Of a stretch of DNA of 64,000 nucleotides, positions 29,381 through 39,235 are shown piece after piece. The position numbers and the translations under genes are program-made. The stretch covers positions 1-64,000 of the forward strand of contig JAJPHT010000004.1 of the NCBI GenBank assembly GCA_021325135.1, written 5' to 3'. The stretch is from Pseudomonadota bacterium. GTDB lineage: Archaea; Thermoplasmatota; SW-10-69-26; JACQPN01; JAJPHT01. The first letter of the stretch is position 1. Each line of letters starts with the position of its first letter. Below the pieces are notes generated by a model. The model was not told where the DNA came from. It did no database searches and was given only the letters and a program-made list of their open reading frames with translations.

Positions 29381-29407
29381 GAGGGGCTCGCCCCCCGAAC
29401 CCCCCGC
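29381..29407 (-). repeat. REP-like element copy
   Basis: Reverse complement GCGGGGGGTTCGGGGGGCGAGCCCCTC matches 36834-36863. Confidence 0.8.
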
Positions 29408-29409
29408 TT

Positions 29410-31221
29410 TCACCTGCACGATTGCCGGATGAGCGCCCCGCAGGGCGGCTCGGGTGCCTGGGCGCGCGCCCCGGGCAGCACGGGCAGCGTGAGGACGCTG
29501 GGGTGCTGCGCGTCGTGGAGCACCGTGTCCACCGCGGGGAGGGGCGTGGGGGCCAGGGCCCACAGCTCGGGGATCGTGGTGGGGGCCTCGATGGCGAGGC
29601 GGATCTGCGTGCCAGCGCGGAAGGCCTGCCCGAGCGGGAAGACCTCGACGCTGAATTCCTCCGGGGCGCCCGGCGTGAGCAGGCGCTGGTCCGCCTGCTG
29701 GTGCGTCTGGTAGGGGCGGTAGAGGGTGCTCTGCGCGGGGTCCAGCGCGCGGTGGCTCGCGCGCAGCCAGCCCTTCTGGACGTAGGTCTCGTGCCCGTCC
29801 GACCCGCCAGGGGAGGATAGGTCGGACCGGGGTCCGGCCGTGTCGGGCGTGAGATAGCTCACCGTGACCTGGAAGTCGGTGTCGGGCGCGGTGCTGCTGG
29901 CCCAGAAGGTGAGGTTCGCGGGGCCCAGGGCGACCACGTCGTGGTCCAGCGGCGCGGTGTCGTAGACGAGGCGCGTGGGGCCGGGCGTGGCGAGGTTGGT
30001 GGGCGGGCTGCTGGTGGGCCAGTAGCCGTACCCCGCGTCGTTGGAGGAGGAGCCGCCGTAGGCGTAGCTGTCCGCGGGCTCGGCGCCCTGGGGCGGCTCC
30101 GGGGAGAGGGCGCCGCCCTGGTGGAGGTAGAGGCGCAGCGGCGTGACGTTCTCCACGGGCCACGAGGGGTACGTCGTCGTCCACGAGGGCGCGCGCGTCG
30201 CGGCGAGGGCGTCCCACCACACGGTGACGCGGGGCTCGCGCTCGAAGCCGTTGTCCTCGCCCTTGACGTAGTGGTCGAAGAAGCGCGCCAGCCGGTCGAG
30301 GCTCTGCGGCGTGCGGTACATGCCGTGGTCGCCGTTGCTCAGCGTCAGGAAGTACGTGGTGTTCAGCCGCTCGACCACGTCCACGCCCCGCACGCCCACC
30401 TGCTCGTCCTGCCAGCTCTGGAAGAGATAGAGGGGCACGGTGATGTTGCTCACGAGGTAGAGCGGGCTCCGCTCCTTGATGAGGTCGTCGTCCCACATGT
30501 GCTCCTGCGCCTGCACGAAGGGGTTGTAGCGCGCGTTGAGCGCCTGCCGCTGGGCGACGTTTTGCGCGCAGAGGGTGTCGCCCGCCGCGATCTGCCGCCC
30601 CTCGGCCTCGTAGCCGGGCTCGGGCTGGGCGAGGAAGCTCCAGAGGCCCGCGAAGCCGTCGTTGAAGATGCCGCCCGGGTAGGCCACGTCGCGGTAGATG
30701 TCGCCATAGACATGCCCCGGCGCGGCGGCCAGGAGGTGCGGAGGACGCTTGGCGGCGACGAAGAGCTGCGTGATGCCCGGGTAGGACTTGCCGATCATGC
30801 CCACCTTGCCGTCGCTCCACGTCTGGTTCGCCACCCACTCGACGGCGTCGTAGCCGTCGTCGGCCTGCACGGGCGCGAAGAAGTCGAACACGCCGCCGCT
30901 GCACCCGGTCCCGCGCACGTTCACGCCGATGAGCGCGTACCCCTTGGCGAGGTACGTGGGCGCGTAGCCCGCGCCGGGGCCCGAGTCGAATTGATAGCCC
31001 GGGCTGTAGCCGCTGTACTCCATGAGCGTGGGGAAGCGGCCCGAGCCGTCGCCGGGCAGGAGGAGATCGTAGGCGAGGAGCGTGCCGTCGCGCGTCGCGA
31101 GGTAGCCACGCTTCTCCACGTAGCCCGAGGGCGCGGAAGGGGTCGAGGAGGCGGCGCCGGAGAGGCACCCGGCCACCAGGAGGAGGGCCACGAGGGCGAC
31201 CGCGCGGAGACGAAGCGGCAT
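29410..31221 (-). CDS. CocE/NonD (S15) family serine hydrolase lipoprotein
   Basis: VAGC lipobox; TRDGT.L, RGTGCSGG, GKSYPG nucleophile elbow, GWLRASHR. Confidence 0.92.
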   Translation of the reverse strand: MPLRLRAVALVALLLVAGCLSGAASSTPSAPSGYVEKRGYLATRDGTLLAYDLLLPGDGSGRFPTLMEYSGYSPGYQFDSGPGAGYAPTYLAKGYALIGVNVRGTGCSGGVFDFFAPVQADDGYDAVEWVANQTWSDGKVGMIGKSYPGITQLFVAAKRPPHLLAAAPGHVYGDIYRDVAYPGGIFNDGFAGLWSFLAQPEPGYEAEGRQIAAGDTLCAQNVAQRQALNARYNPFVQAQEHMWDDDLIKERSPLYLVSNITVPLYLFQSWQDEQVGVRGVDVVERLNTTYFLTLSNGDHGMYRTPQSLDRLARFFDHYVKGEDNGFEREPRVTVWWDALAATRAPSWTTTYPSWPVENVTPLRLYLHQGGALSPEPPQGAEPADSYAYGGSSSNDAGYGYWPTSSPPTNLATPGPTRLVYDTAPLDHDVVALGPANLTFWASSTAPDTDFQVTVSYLTPDTAGPRSDLSSPGGSDGHETYVQKGWLRASHRALDPAQSTLYRPYQTHQQADQRLLTPGAPEEFSVEVFPLGQAFRAGTQIRLAIEAPTTIPELWALAPTPLPAVDTVLHDAQHPSVLTLPVLPGARAQAPEPPCGALIRQSCR

Positions 31222-31326
31222 CGCGCGCCGACCCCTCCCCGCCGGCTTGAACGCTTTGGTGAGCCCGGCTCTCCTTCCCTGGAAAGCGGCCGGAAGCCGG
31301 ATGCAGCCCGCGCGCCAAGAGGGCCC

Positions 31327-31527
31327 ATGCGGTCCCTTCTGCTGCTGGGGCTCTGCGTCGCGCTCCTGTCCGGCTGCTTCGCCCCCGAGGGGAGCGAGTC
31401 GACGGCGCCCAGCAGCCCGACCGTCGCGCAGCCCCCCGCGGGGACCCCCACGGGCTGCGCGGGCCCCGGCCCTGCCGCGACGAGCCGCGTCTGCAACGAC
31501 ACGGACCTCGCCAACGCGTCCATCTGA
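31327..31527 (+). CDS. Small lipoprotein
   Basis: LLSGC lipobox, Pro/Ser linker, two further Cys. Confidence 0.6.
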   Translation: MRSLLLLGLCVALLSGCFAPEGSESTAPSSPTVAQPPAGTPTGCAGPGPAATSRVCNDTDLANASI

Positions 31528-31568
31528 AGCGCGAAATCCTCATGCCGGGCGCCCGCCTCGGCCCTCCC

Positions 31569-32252
31569 ATGACGCGCGCCGTCGTGCTCCTCTCGGGCGG
31601 CCTCGACTCCACCGTCGCCTGCGCCATGGCCAAGGCCGCGGGCCACGAGGTCCACGCCGTGTCGTTCGACTACGGGCAGCGCCACAGGCGCGAGCTGGAG
31701 AGCGCGAAGGCCGTCGCCAAGGCGCTGGGCGCGCGCTCGCACTCCGTCCTCAAGGTGCCCGTGGGAGACTACGGCGGCAGCGCGCTGACCGACCACGGGA
31801 TCGCCGTGCCCACCGGGCGCTCCGAGAAGGACATGGGCGCCGACATCCCGGTGACCTACGTCCCCGCGCGCAACATCGTCTTCCTCTCGCTGGCGCTGGG
31901 CGTCGCGGAGGTCAAGGACGCGGAGGCCATCTACATCGGCGCGAACGCCCTGGACTACTCGGGCTACCCCGACTGCCGGCCCGAGTTCTTCGCGGCCTTC
32001 GAGGAGATGGCCCGCCGCGGCACGAAGCGCGGCGTCGAGGGGCGCCCCGTGCGCATCGAGGTGCCCCTCCAGAGCATGACCAAGGCGGACATCGTGCGCG
32101 AGGGCCTCCGCCTCAAGGCCCCTCTGGACCTGACGTGGTCGTGCTATCAGGGGGGCGAGGTCGCCTGCGGGGTCTGCGACTCGTGCGTCCTGCGCCTGAA
32201 GGGCTTCCGCGAGGCGGGGGCCGCGGACCCGGTCCCCTACGCGCGGCGTTAG
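31569..32252 (+). CDS. queC: 7-cyano-7-deazaguanine synthase
   Basis: LSGGLDS, FDYGQRH, TYVPARN, GYPDCR, TWSCY...CGVCDSC. Confidence 0.97.
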   Translation: MTRAVVLLSGGLDSTVACAMAKAAGHEVHAVSFDYGQRHRRELESAKAVAKALGARSHSVLKVPVGDYGGSALTDHGIAVPTGRSEKDMGADIPVTYVPARNIVFLSLALGVAEVKDAEAIYIGANALDYSGYPDCRPEFFAAFEEMARRGTKRGVEGRPVRIEVPLQSMTKADIVREGLRLKAPLDLTWSCYQGGEVACGVCDSCVLRLKGFREAGAADPVPYARR

Positions 32253-32373
32253 GGGATTTTCACAGGACGGTTTCCCGGGTCAAGACCGGTCCAGGCAGCG
32301 GGGTTTCCGCAACCGTTAAAGCCGACGCCCCCTAAGCGCGCGTCCGTTGCAGCCCGGCCACGAGAGCGTCCCT

Positions 32374-33060
32374 ATGGTGGAGGCGCGGGGCGTCGTCAAG
32401 GTCTACCGCACCGGCGCGCTGGAGGTGCCCGCGCTCCAGGGCGTGGACCTCGTCATCCACCGCGGCGAGATGGTCGCCGTCATGGGCCCCTCCGGCTGCG
32501 GGAAGACGACGCTCCTCAACTGCCTCTCGGGGCTCGACGACATCGACCGGGGGAGCGTCCACGTCGCGGGGCGCGAGATCACCTCCATGAAGGACGCCGA
32601 GCGCACCGCGTTCCGCGCCCGCAGCATGGGCTTCATCTTCCAGTCCTACAACCTGCTCCCCGTGCTCACCGCGGCGGAGAACGTCGAGCTTCCCCTCCTC
32701 GTGGGCGGCGTCGACCCGCGCAGCGCCCGCAAGCGCGCGCTGGAGGCGTTGGCCTCCGTGGGCCTGCGCGAGCGCGCGGACCACAAGCCCACGGAGCTTT
32801 CCGGCGGCCAGCAGCAGCGCGTCACCATCGCGCGCTCGCTGGTGAACGATCCCGCCATCGTGTGGGCCGACGAGCCCACGGGCAACCTCGACACCAAGAC
32901 CGGCCGCGAGGTCCTCGACATCATGCACCGGCTCAACCGCGAGCGCGGGCAGACCTACGTCATCGTCACGCACGACCCAGCGCTCGCCGCGACGTGCGAC
33001 CGCATCATCCACATGGAGAGCGGCCTCATGGAGCGCGAGGAGATCCCCGCGAAGGCGTGA
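32374..33060 (+). CDS. LolD/MacB-type ABC ATP-binding protein
   Basis: [31 protein letters not shown]. Confidence 0.95.
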   Translation: MVEARGVVKVYRTGALEVPALQGVDLVIHRGEMVAVMGPSGCGKTTLLNCLSGLDDIDRGSVHVAGREITSMKDAERTAFRARSMGFIFQSYNLLPVLTAAENVELPLLVGGVDPRSARKRALEALASVGLRERADHKPTELSGGQQQRVTIARSLVNDPAIVWADEPTGNLDTKTGREVLDIMHRLNRERGQTYVIVTHDPALAATCDRIIHMESGLMEREEIPAKA

Positions 33061-33063
33061 GCC

Positions 33064-36000
33064 ATGGACCCCTACGTCGCGTGGCCGCTGGCGATCGTGG
33101 GCGTCGTGCTGCTGGGGTTCGGCGCGCTGGCGTGGCGCCACCAGGTGCTCGCGCGCATGGGCGTGCGCAACGCGATGCGCCGCAAGTGGCAGAGCGCGGT
33201 CGTCGTCGCGGGCCTCATGGTGGGCACCGCCATCATCGCGGGCAGCTTCGCCTCGGGCGACTCCCTCTCCTTCGGCATCCGCAAGGGCGCCTACGACGCG
33301 CTGGGCCCCGCGGACGTCTTCCTCCAGACGGAGGGGCAGCTCCACTACCCCGCGGCGCTGCTGGACGACATCCGCGCGAACGCCACCGCGATGAAGGACG
33401 TGAAGGCCCTGGCGCCGCTTCTCTACGAGGAGGCCGCGCTCTCGGCGCCCGCGACGCACCAGAGCGAGCCGCGCGTGTCGCTCATCGGCCTCGACCCCGC
33501 GACGCAGCGGCCCTTCGGCGCGCTCCACCTGAGGGGCGGCGGCGTCTTCGACCCCGCGACCCTGGGGCCGGACGACGTGGCGCTCCAGGACGAGGTCGCC
33601 GACAAGCTGGGCGTCAAGGCGGGCGACTCCGTCTCGCTCCACTACGCCCCGGCCCCCGTGCCGCGCATCCCCAAGCTGTTCCTCTTCAACGGCAGCGTCA
33701 CCGCTTCCGCGGGCGCGTGCCCCGTCCCCGGCACGCCCGCGTGCGCGTTCGTCTCGCCGCCCACGGACGCCACCTCCTTCCAGGTGCCCGTGCAGCCCGG
33801 CGCCGTGGGGCTGACCACCCTCGTCGCGTGGCAGGGGGGCGCGGACCTCGACCAGATCGTCAAGGCCCCTGACGGGACCACGTACGCCAACACCAACGGC
33901 ACGCCCGCGGCTCCCGACGACCCCAGCGTGCTCAACGTCACGGGAAAGCTCGCGCCGGGCAACTGGACGCTCCAGGTGGGCGCCAAGGCCGCCGCGCAGC
34001 AGCCCTTCCGCGCGGTCGCCATGGTGTTCTACGAGGAGTACAACCTCACCGCGCTCCAGCAGTTCGCGAAGCAGGCGCAGGCCGCCGGCTTCGACCCCGC
34101 GCAATTGGGCGCCTCCACCGCGCCGGGCGAGGGGCAGAGCGCGAGCCTCACCGTGAAGGCCGTCGTGACCAAGGAGGGGTTCGGCGGCTTCCTCCTGGGG
34201 GAGAACGCCTTCGCGCGCCTCGACACCGTGGGCCGCCTCTACGGCGTCGAGGGGAAGACGAACCTCGCCCTGGCCAGCGCGGACCTCGATCCCGTGAAGG
34301 GCCCCCAGCGGACGGCGCTCCTCCTCGACGCGCTGCCCAAGGCCGTGAACGCCAGCGCCGCGCTCCACCCCGACCAGCCCGCCATCCGCAGCGTGCACGT
34401 GACGCCCGTGAAGGAGCGCTTCCTGGACGCCGCGGACCGCGCCGGCACGCTGTTCAAGGAGTTCCTCACCAGCATCGGCTCCTTCACCGTGATCGCGGGG
34501 ATCATGCTCATCGTCAACATCTTCGTCATGCTCGCCGAGGAGCGCAAGAGCGAGCTTGGCATGGCGCGCGCCGTGGGCCTCTCGCGCCGGCAGCTGGTCT
34601 ACCTCTTCGGGTTCGAGGGCATGCTCTACGCGCTCCTCGCGACCGCGGTGGGCGTGCTCCTGGGCGTGGCGCTCGCCTACGGCCTCATCTTCGGCTTCAA
34701 CGGCATCCTCGCCAACCGCACCGACAACGGGCCCGCGTTCACCATCCCCTTCCACGTCGAGCCTTCGAGCCTCGCCATCTCCGGCGCGGCGGGCTTCCTC
34801 ATCACGCTGGTCACCGTCGCCGTCGCCTCGTGGCGGGTGAGCCGGCTCAACGTCGTGCGCGCCATCCGCCACGTCGAGGAGCCCCCGAAGACGCCCGGCC
34901 GCGCGGCGCTCCTCGTGGGCGCGCTCCTCGCCCTGGGCGGCGTCGCCTACGCGGCCGAAGGCTGGCTCTCCAACGACTTCCCCGGCAAGATCCTCGGCCC
35001 CTGCCTCGCCATGCTGGGTGCGGGGCTCCTGGCCAGCCGCCTCGTGCGGCCGCGCCTCGCCTATCCCATCGCCGGCGCGGGCATCGCGGCCTTCTGCCTC
35101 TACACCATCTTCACCTACGGCAACCCGCAAGGGCTCGTGAACGCCGTCATGGGGCCCGTCCGCGGCCTCTTCATCGTGCTGGCGGTCGTGCTCATCGTCG
35201 TCCACCTCCCGCAGATGGTGAGCCTCACCGCGGCGCTCCTGCTGCGCTTCCGGCGCCTCGTGCCCGCCGTGCGGCCGGGCGTCGCGTATCCCCTGGGGAA
35301 GAAGACGCGCACGGGCCTGACCATCACGATGTTCGCGCTGGTCATGCTGGTCGTCGTGGCGTTCAGCATCTTCGGCTCCACGTTCAACGTCGACCTCCGC
35401 AAGCAGAGCGGCGGCTACGACGTGGAGGGCGACACCACGGTCCCCGTCTCGGGCGATCTCCACGCCTTCGCGCTGGCCAACAAGGACGCCTCGCTCCCCG
35501 ACCCGTTCCAGCGCGTGGCGCGCTACGACGCGCTGCAATACGCCATCGCCTACGGCGGAGGGCTCCTCAAGATCAACGGGCAGCCCATCAACTACCAGGG
35601 CCCGCCCGTGGACTACGTCTACGCCTACGACGAGGCGTTCGCCCAGAACAACCGCTACGAGCTGCAAAGCGTGGACCCGAGCTATCATTCCCCCCGGGAG
35701 GCCTACGAGGCCGTGCTGAAGGACCCCACGCTGGTCATCGTGAGCGTCGCGGACAACCTCGACTCGCAGGGCCAGCCGGGCGCGCACCACGTCGGGGACA
35801 CGCTCACCATGGAGACGCCCTCGGGCACCGTCTCCTTCCGCATCATCGCGTTCCAGAAGCAGCTCTACCTGGGCGGCGTGTTCGTCAACCCGCAGGTGCT
35901 CAAGGCCAACTTCCCCGTCATCCGCGGCGACTACCTCTTCCAGCTGAAGCCCGGCGAGGACGCGGGCGTCGCGGCGAAGGAGTTGGAGGCCGCCTTCGAG

Positions 36001-36471
36001 AAGGCCGGCATGGACGCGCAGAGCATCCAGGAGATCGCCCAGAAGCAGGCGCAGCAGACCAAGCAGTTCCTGACGCTCTTCCAGCTCTTCCTGGGCTTCG
36101 GCCTCGTCGTGGGCATCGCGAGCCTGGGCATCGTGACCGCGCGCAGCGTCCTGGAGCGCCGGCAGGAGATCGGCATGCTTCGCGCCGTCGGTTACGGCAA
36201 GGCCGACGTGCTGCGCATGCTCTACATCGAGATCTACTTCACCACCACGCTGGGCGTCCTCGTGGGGGGCCTCATCGGCGTCCTCACCAGCTACGGCGTC
36301 GTCGCCAGCACGCCGGGCCTCAGCGAGCTTGGCGTCAAGTTCACCATCCCCTGGCTGGACCTCGCTGAGATCCTCCTCCTCGTGTACGCGGCGGTGTTCC
36401 TGGCCACCATCGTCCCCGCGCGCCAGGGCAGCCGCGTGCCGCCCGCGGAGGCCGTGCGCTACGTCGAATGA
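33064..36471 (+). CDS. FtsX/MacB-like ABC permease (tandem FtsX domains)
   Basis: EERKSELGMARAVG and ERRQEIGMLRAVG; two large extracytoplasmic loops. Confidence 0.92.
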   Translation: MDPYVAWPLAIVGVVLLGFGALAWRHQVLARMGVRNAMRRKWQSAVVVAGLMVGTAIIAGSFASGDSLSFGIRKGAYDALGPADVFLQTEGQLHYPAALLDDIRANATAMKDVKALAPLLYEEAALSAPATHQSEPRVSLIGLDPATQRPFGALHLRGGGVFDPATLGPDDVALQDEVADKLGVKAGDSVSLHYAPAPVPRIPKLFLFNGSVTASAGACPVPGTPACAFVSPPTDATSFQVPVQPGAVGLTTLVAWQGGADLDQIVKAPDGTTYANTNGTPAAPDDPSVLNVTGKLAPGNWTLQVGAKAAAQQPFRAVAMVFYEEYNLTALQQFAKQAQAAGFDPAQLGASTAPGEGQSASLTVKAVVTKEGFGGFLLGENAFARLDTVGRLYGVEGKTNLALASADLDPVKGPQRTALLLDALPKAVNASAALHPDQPAIRSVHVTPVKERFLDAADRAGTLFKEFLTSIGSFTVIAGIMLIVNIFVMLAEERKSELGMARAVGLSRRQLVYLFGFEGMLYALLATAVGVLLGVALAYGLIFGFNGILANRTDNGPAFTIPFHVEPSSLAISGAAGFLITLVTVAVASWRVSRLNVVRAIRHVEEPPKTPGRAALLVGALLALGGVAYAAEGWLSNDFPGKILGPCLAMLGAGLLASRLVRPRLAYPIAGAGIAAFCLYTIFTYGNPQGLVNAVMGPVRGLFIVLAVVLIVVHLPQMVSLTAALLLRFRRLVPAVRPGVAYPLGKKTRTGLTITMFALVMLVVVAFSIFGSTFNVDLRKQSGGYDVEGDTTVPVSGDLHAFALANKDASLPDPFQRVARYDALQYAIAYGGGLLKINGQPINYQGPPVDYVYAYDEAFAQNNRYELQSVDPSYHSPREAYEAVLKDPTLVIVSVADNLDSQGQPGAHHVGDTLTMETPSGTVSFRIIAFQKQLYLGGVFVNPQVLKANFPVIRGDYLFQLKPGEDAGVAAKELEAAFEKAGMDAQSIQEIAQKQAQQTKQFLTLFQLFLGFGLVVGIASLGIVTARSVLERRQEIGMLRAVGYGKADVLRMLYIEIYFTTTLGVLVGGLIGVLTSYGVVASTPGLSELGVKFTIPWLDLAEILLLVYAAVFLATIVPARQGSRVPPAEAVRYVE

Positions 36472-36603
36472 TCGCAAATGAGCAGTCCGGCCCCCCGAGC
36501 GGCGTGCTAACGCGTGGACTGCTTCGCCGTGCCCTGCAGCGAGCGCATTGCAGCTTGCAAGCGCGACACGTTCAAGTTGGCGAGCAGGAGCATACGGTGT
36601 CCG

Positions 36604-36831
36604 ATGTCGCGCGAGGCCCTGGACGCCGCCCTGGAGGCCCAGCCCGCGCTTCGCGTGGAGGCCGCCGACGCCCACGCCCGCATTCAGCGCCTCATCGGCG
36701 TCCTGAGGCCGCTGGCCGACGAGGCCGTCCGGCGCGCGCCGGGCGATCCCGACCTCCTCTACCGCGTGCGGATGCTGGAGCACGCGGCCCGCGAGCTGGA
36801 GGACATCCTGGGCTCGCGGACCTGGGAGTAA
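36604..36831 (+). CDS. Small helical hypothetical protein
   Basis: 75-aa ORF with typical codon usage. Confidence 0.5.
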   Translation: MSREALDAALEAQPALRVEAADAHARIQRLIGVLRPLADEAVRRAPGDPDLLYRVRMLEHAARELEDILGSRTWE

Positions 36832-36833
36832 GT

Positions 36834-36991
36834 GCGGGGGGTTCGGGGGGCGCAGCCCCCCGGAGTCGTTCGTCGTCTCCGCCGCGCCGCAGCGCGGCGA
36901 CCCAAGGGGGTTTCAGGGGGCGCAGCCCCCTGAAGTGAAATCAAATCGGTGTGGGCGAAAACGTCAGGGGGCTTCGCCCCCCGAACCCCCC
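36834..36991. repeat. Cluster of three REP-like GGGGGTTCGGGGGGCG(C/A)AGCCCCC elements
   Basis: Copies at 36834-36863 (+), 36906-36934 (+, variant), 36967-36991 (-). Confidence 0.85.
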
Positions 36992-37869
36992 AGCGCCGCC
37001 CGCGTCGTCGCGAAGTGGACCTTGGCGACCTCCCGAAGGAGGGGCGGCCCCCCGCGGGCGACGACCTCGCGCGCTGCCTTCACGACCTGCGGCCCCGCCC
37101 CCTTGGGCAGGCGCACGCCGTGGCGCACCTCCAAGGCTGCAAGGCCCGCCAGGAACTCCGCGCGCGCGACCAGCGAGGCCGCCGCGACCGCCACGTCCGA
37201 CTCGGCGTGGGTGGCCTGCCGCACCGTCGCCTGCACGCCGCGGTCGCGAAGCTGCCGCTCCAGGACGCCCGGGTGCGCGAACTGGTCCACCAGCACGTCG
37301 GCGGGCCCGGCCTGGTCGAGGAGCCGCTCCAGCGCGGCGGCGTGCATGGACGCCAGTAGCACGTTGAGGTTGCCCACCCGCTCGTAGGCCTCGTTGTAAG
37401 CGGGGGGCGCCAGCGCCTCCGCGACGTGGGGGCAGCGCGCGCGGACGAGGCTCGCCAGGAGGGCCGCCTCGGCGTCGGCCACGAGCTTGGAGTCGCGCAC
37501 GCCCTTCTCCACCAGCAGGCGCGCGGTGGCCGCGTCGGGCACGAGGACCGCGGCGACGCAGAGGGGCCCGAAGTAGTCGCCCTTCCCCGACTCGTCCGCG
37601 CCGGCGTGGGGCGCGAAGCTCGCGAGGGCCGGGCGCGCCGCCGTCTCCTCGCGCTGCGCCAGGCGATTGCCCGCGAGGACGCCCGCGTACTCCTCCGCCT
37701 GCTCCCCGTTGACGAGGAGCTTCCCGCTGGCGTAGGCCGTGAGGCTGACGCCAGGGCGCTGCGCAAAGAGGAGGGCGTGCGGGCGGCTGCCCACCTCGAA
37801 CCCGCCGCGGCGCAGGAAGGCGCGAAGCTCCTCCGCGCGCTCGGGCTCGAAGCGCAGGACGACGTTCAC
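36964..37869 (-). CDS. rnhC: Ribonuclease HIII
   Basis: N-terminal TBP-like domain (AY.SGKLLV.G) plus G.DESGKGDYFGPL, RDSK, DQF, VAAAS..AR, LPKGAG, KVHF. Confidence 0.92.
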   Translation of the reverse strand: MNVVLRFEPERAEELRAFLRRGGFEVGSRPHALLFAQRPGVSLTAYASGKLLVNGEQAEEYAGVLAGNRLAQREETAARPALASFAPHAGADESGKGDYFGPLCVAAVLVPDAATARLLVEKGVRDSKLVADAEAALLASLVRARCPHVAEALAPPAYNEAYERVGNLNVLLASMHAAALERLLDQAGPADVLVDQFAHPGVLERQLRDRGVQATVRQATHAESDVAVAAASLVARAEFLAGLAALEVRHGVRLPKGAGPQVVKAAREVVARGGPPLLREVAKVHFATTRAALGGSGGEAP

Positions 37870-37955
37870 GCATAAGCGACGCAAGGATCGGGCAAGAGAG
37901 CTTCGATCCTTGAACCACAAACGGTGTCCGGGTGCGCGAAGAGGATATGGGTTCC

Positions 37956-38678
37956 ATGCGGCGAGGGCTCGCTTCGATTCTCGCTGCGGCGCTCCTCCTG
38001 GCGGCGGCAAGCCCGGTGGCGCTCGCCGCGAAGGGGCAGCCCTCCAGGCTCCCCGCCCTGCCGCCCAAGCTCCCTCTGCAACCGGCCCCCGCCGTGCCCG
38101 GCCAGTCGGTGTCACCCACGACCCCGGCCCCCGGGGCCCCGGGAGGGACCGCAGGCGACTGGGTGGGGCTCATGGGGATCGGGGCCGCGTCGCTGGGACT
38201 CCTGGCCCTGGGGCTCGTGGTGGCGTCCCGGGCGCGCCGCGCCAAGCCCGTCCGCGCGCCCAAGCGCACGCGGGAAGGGGGGCGCATGAAGGCCCGGGCG
38301 CTGGCCCCCCGCACCGTCGACCAGGCGTTCGTGCAGCTGGCCGAGGCGCGCCTGGGCGCGCTGCTGGAGGCTGCGCCCATCGCGGGCGGCGCGCGCATCC
38401 TCGTCGAGCGCACGCGCGGCCACCCTTGCGAGCAGGTGTCCGGCTTCCTGGCGGGCCTCTTCGAGTCCGTGTGGGCCATCGACGTGCGCGTGGAGCACGC
38501 GCAGTGCGCGGGCCGCTCGGGACCTTGCCGCTACCTCGTGATGCGGGCCGACGCGCCTCCGGTGCGCGTGGAGCCCGCGCGCCTCAGCGGTGCCGCTGCT
38601 CCAAGGGAAGCAGCATCGACTCCAGGATGGCCAGGCGCGGCTCGTCGATCGCCTCGAGCTCGCGGTGGTGCCGGCTGA
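37956..38678 (+). CDS. Signal peptide/TM-anchored V4R-like domain protein
   Basis: Signal peptide, Pro linker, TM, then C....GFLAGLF...EH..C......C.Y.V. Confidence 0.6.
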   Translation: MRRGLASILAAALLLAAASPVALAAKGQPSRLPALPPKLPLQPAPAVPGQSVSPTTPAPGAPGGTAGDWVGLMGIGAASLGLLALGLVVASRARRAKPVRAPKRTREGGRMKARALAPRTVDQAFVQLAEARLGALLEAAPIAGGARILVERTRGHPCEQVSGFLAGLFESVWAIDVRVEHAQCAGRSGPCRYLVMRADAPPVRVEPARLSGAAAPREAASTPGWPGAARRSPRARGGAG

Positions 38679-38796
38679 GGAGCCGGGTGCGATCCTCCAC
38701 GCTCACGTCGCGGAACGCGCTCAGGAGCACGGGCTCGCTGCTGTCGCCCTTGACGTAGGCGAGCGCCGCGTCGAGGCGGATCGACTCCTTGTCCAT
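38584..38796 (-). CDS. Small hypothetical protein
   Basis: 70-aa ORF with GGAGG upstream; 3' overlap with convergent gene. Confidence 0.45.
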   Translation of the reverse strand: MDKESIRLDAALAYVKGDSSEPVLLSAFRDVSVEDRTRLLSRHHRELEAIDEPRLAILESMLLPLEQRHR

Positions 38797-38883
38797 GGGG
38801 CCATTCCTCCACCCTGCGCATGCAAGAACCTTGCGAGGGAGTCGCACGGGGTCCCGGACAGGTGACGGAACGGAGGAACGCTC

Positions 38884-39222
38884 TTGCCCCAGCCGCGCCC
38901 TGCGCGGCGCGTGCCCGCCCCCAAGCGCGGCCCGCGCAAGGCGCCCCGCGCCAAGTCGGAGCCCCAGCCCAAGTTCCCCATCGTCTACGTGAAGTACCAC
39001 GACCACTGCTGGCTGGAGGCGAGGGAGCTCAAGAAGATCGAGGTCGCCAAGCCCTTCGTCGTCGAGGAGACGGGCTTCCTCCTCACCGAGACGGAGAAGT
39101 TCATCACCCTCGCCAAGGAGCGCAGCACGGACGGCGAGAAGGGGAAGGTCCAGTACGACGACGTGACCATCATCATGAAGTCGGACATCCTGGAATTGGA
39201 GCGCTACGCGAGGGGGCGATAG
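38884..39222 (+). CDS. Hypothetical protein (basic tail plus small beta domain)
   Basis: Lys/Glu-rich composition atypical of shadow ORFs; start uncertain (38884 or 38911). Confidence 0.75.
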   Translation: MPQPRPARRVPAPKRGPRKAPRAKSEPQPKFPIVYVKYHDHCWLEARELKKIEVAKPFVVEETGFLLTETEKFITLAKERSTDGEKGKVQYDDVTIIMKSDILELERYARGR

Positions 39223-39235
39223 CATCCCCTTCGAC

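Noticed and set aside
31569-32252. QueC as part of a defence or DNA-modification system
   Set aside because: Canonical length and motifs with no qat/dpd neighbours; archaeosine precursor synthesis suffices
32332-36783. Very long antisense or alternate-frame ORFs (e.g. 1483 aa here; 8664-11105; 52817-55879)
   Set aside because: Shadow ORFs expected at this GC content; Arg/Gly/Ala/Pro-rich and overlapping well-supported genes
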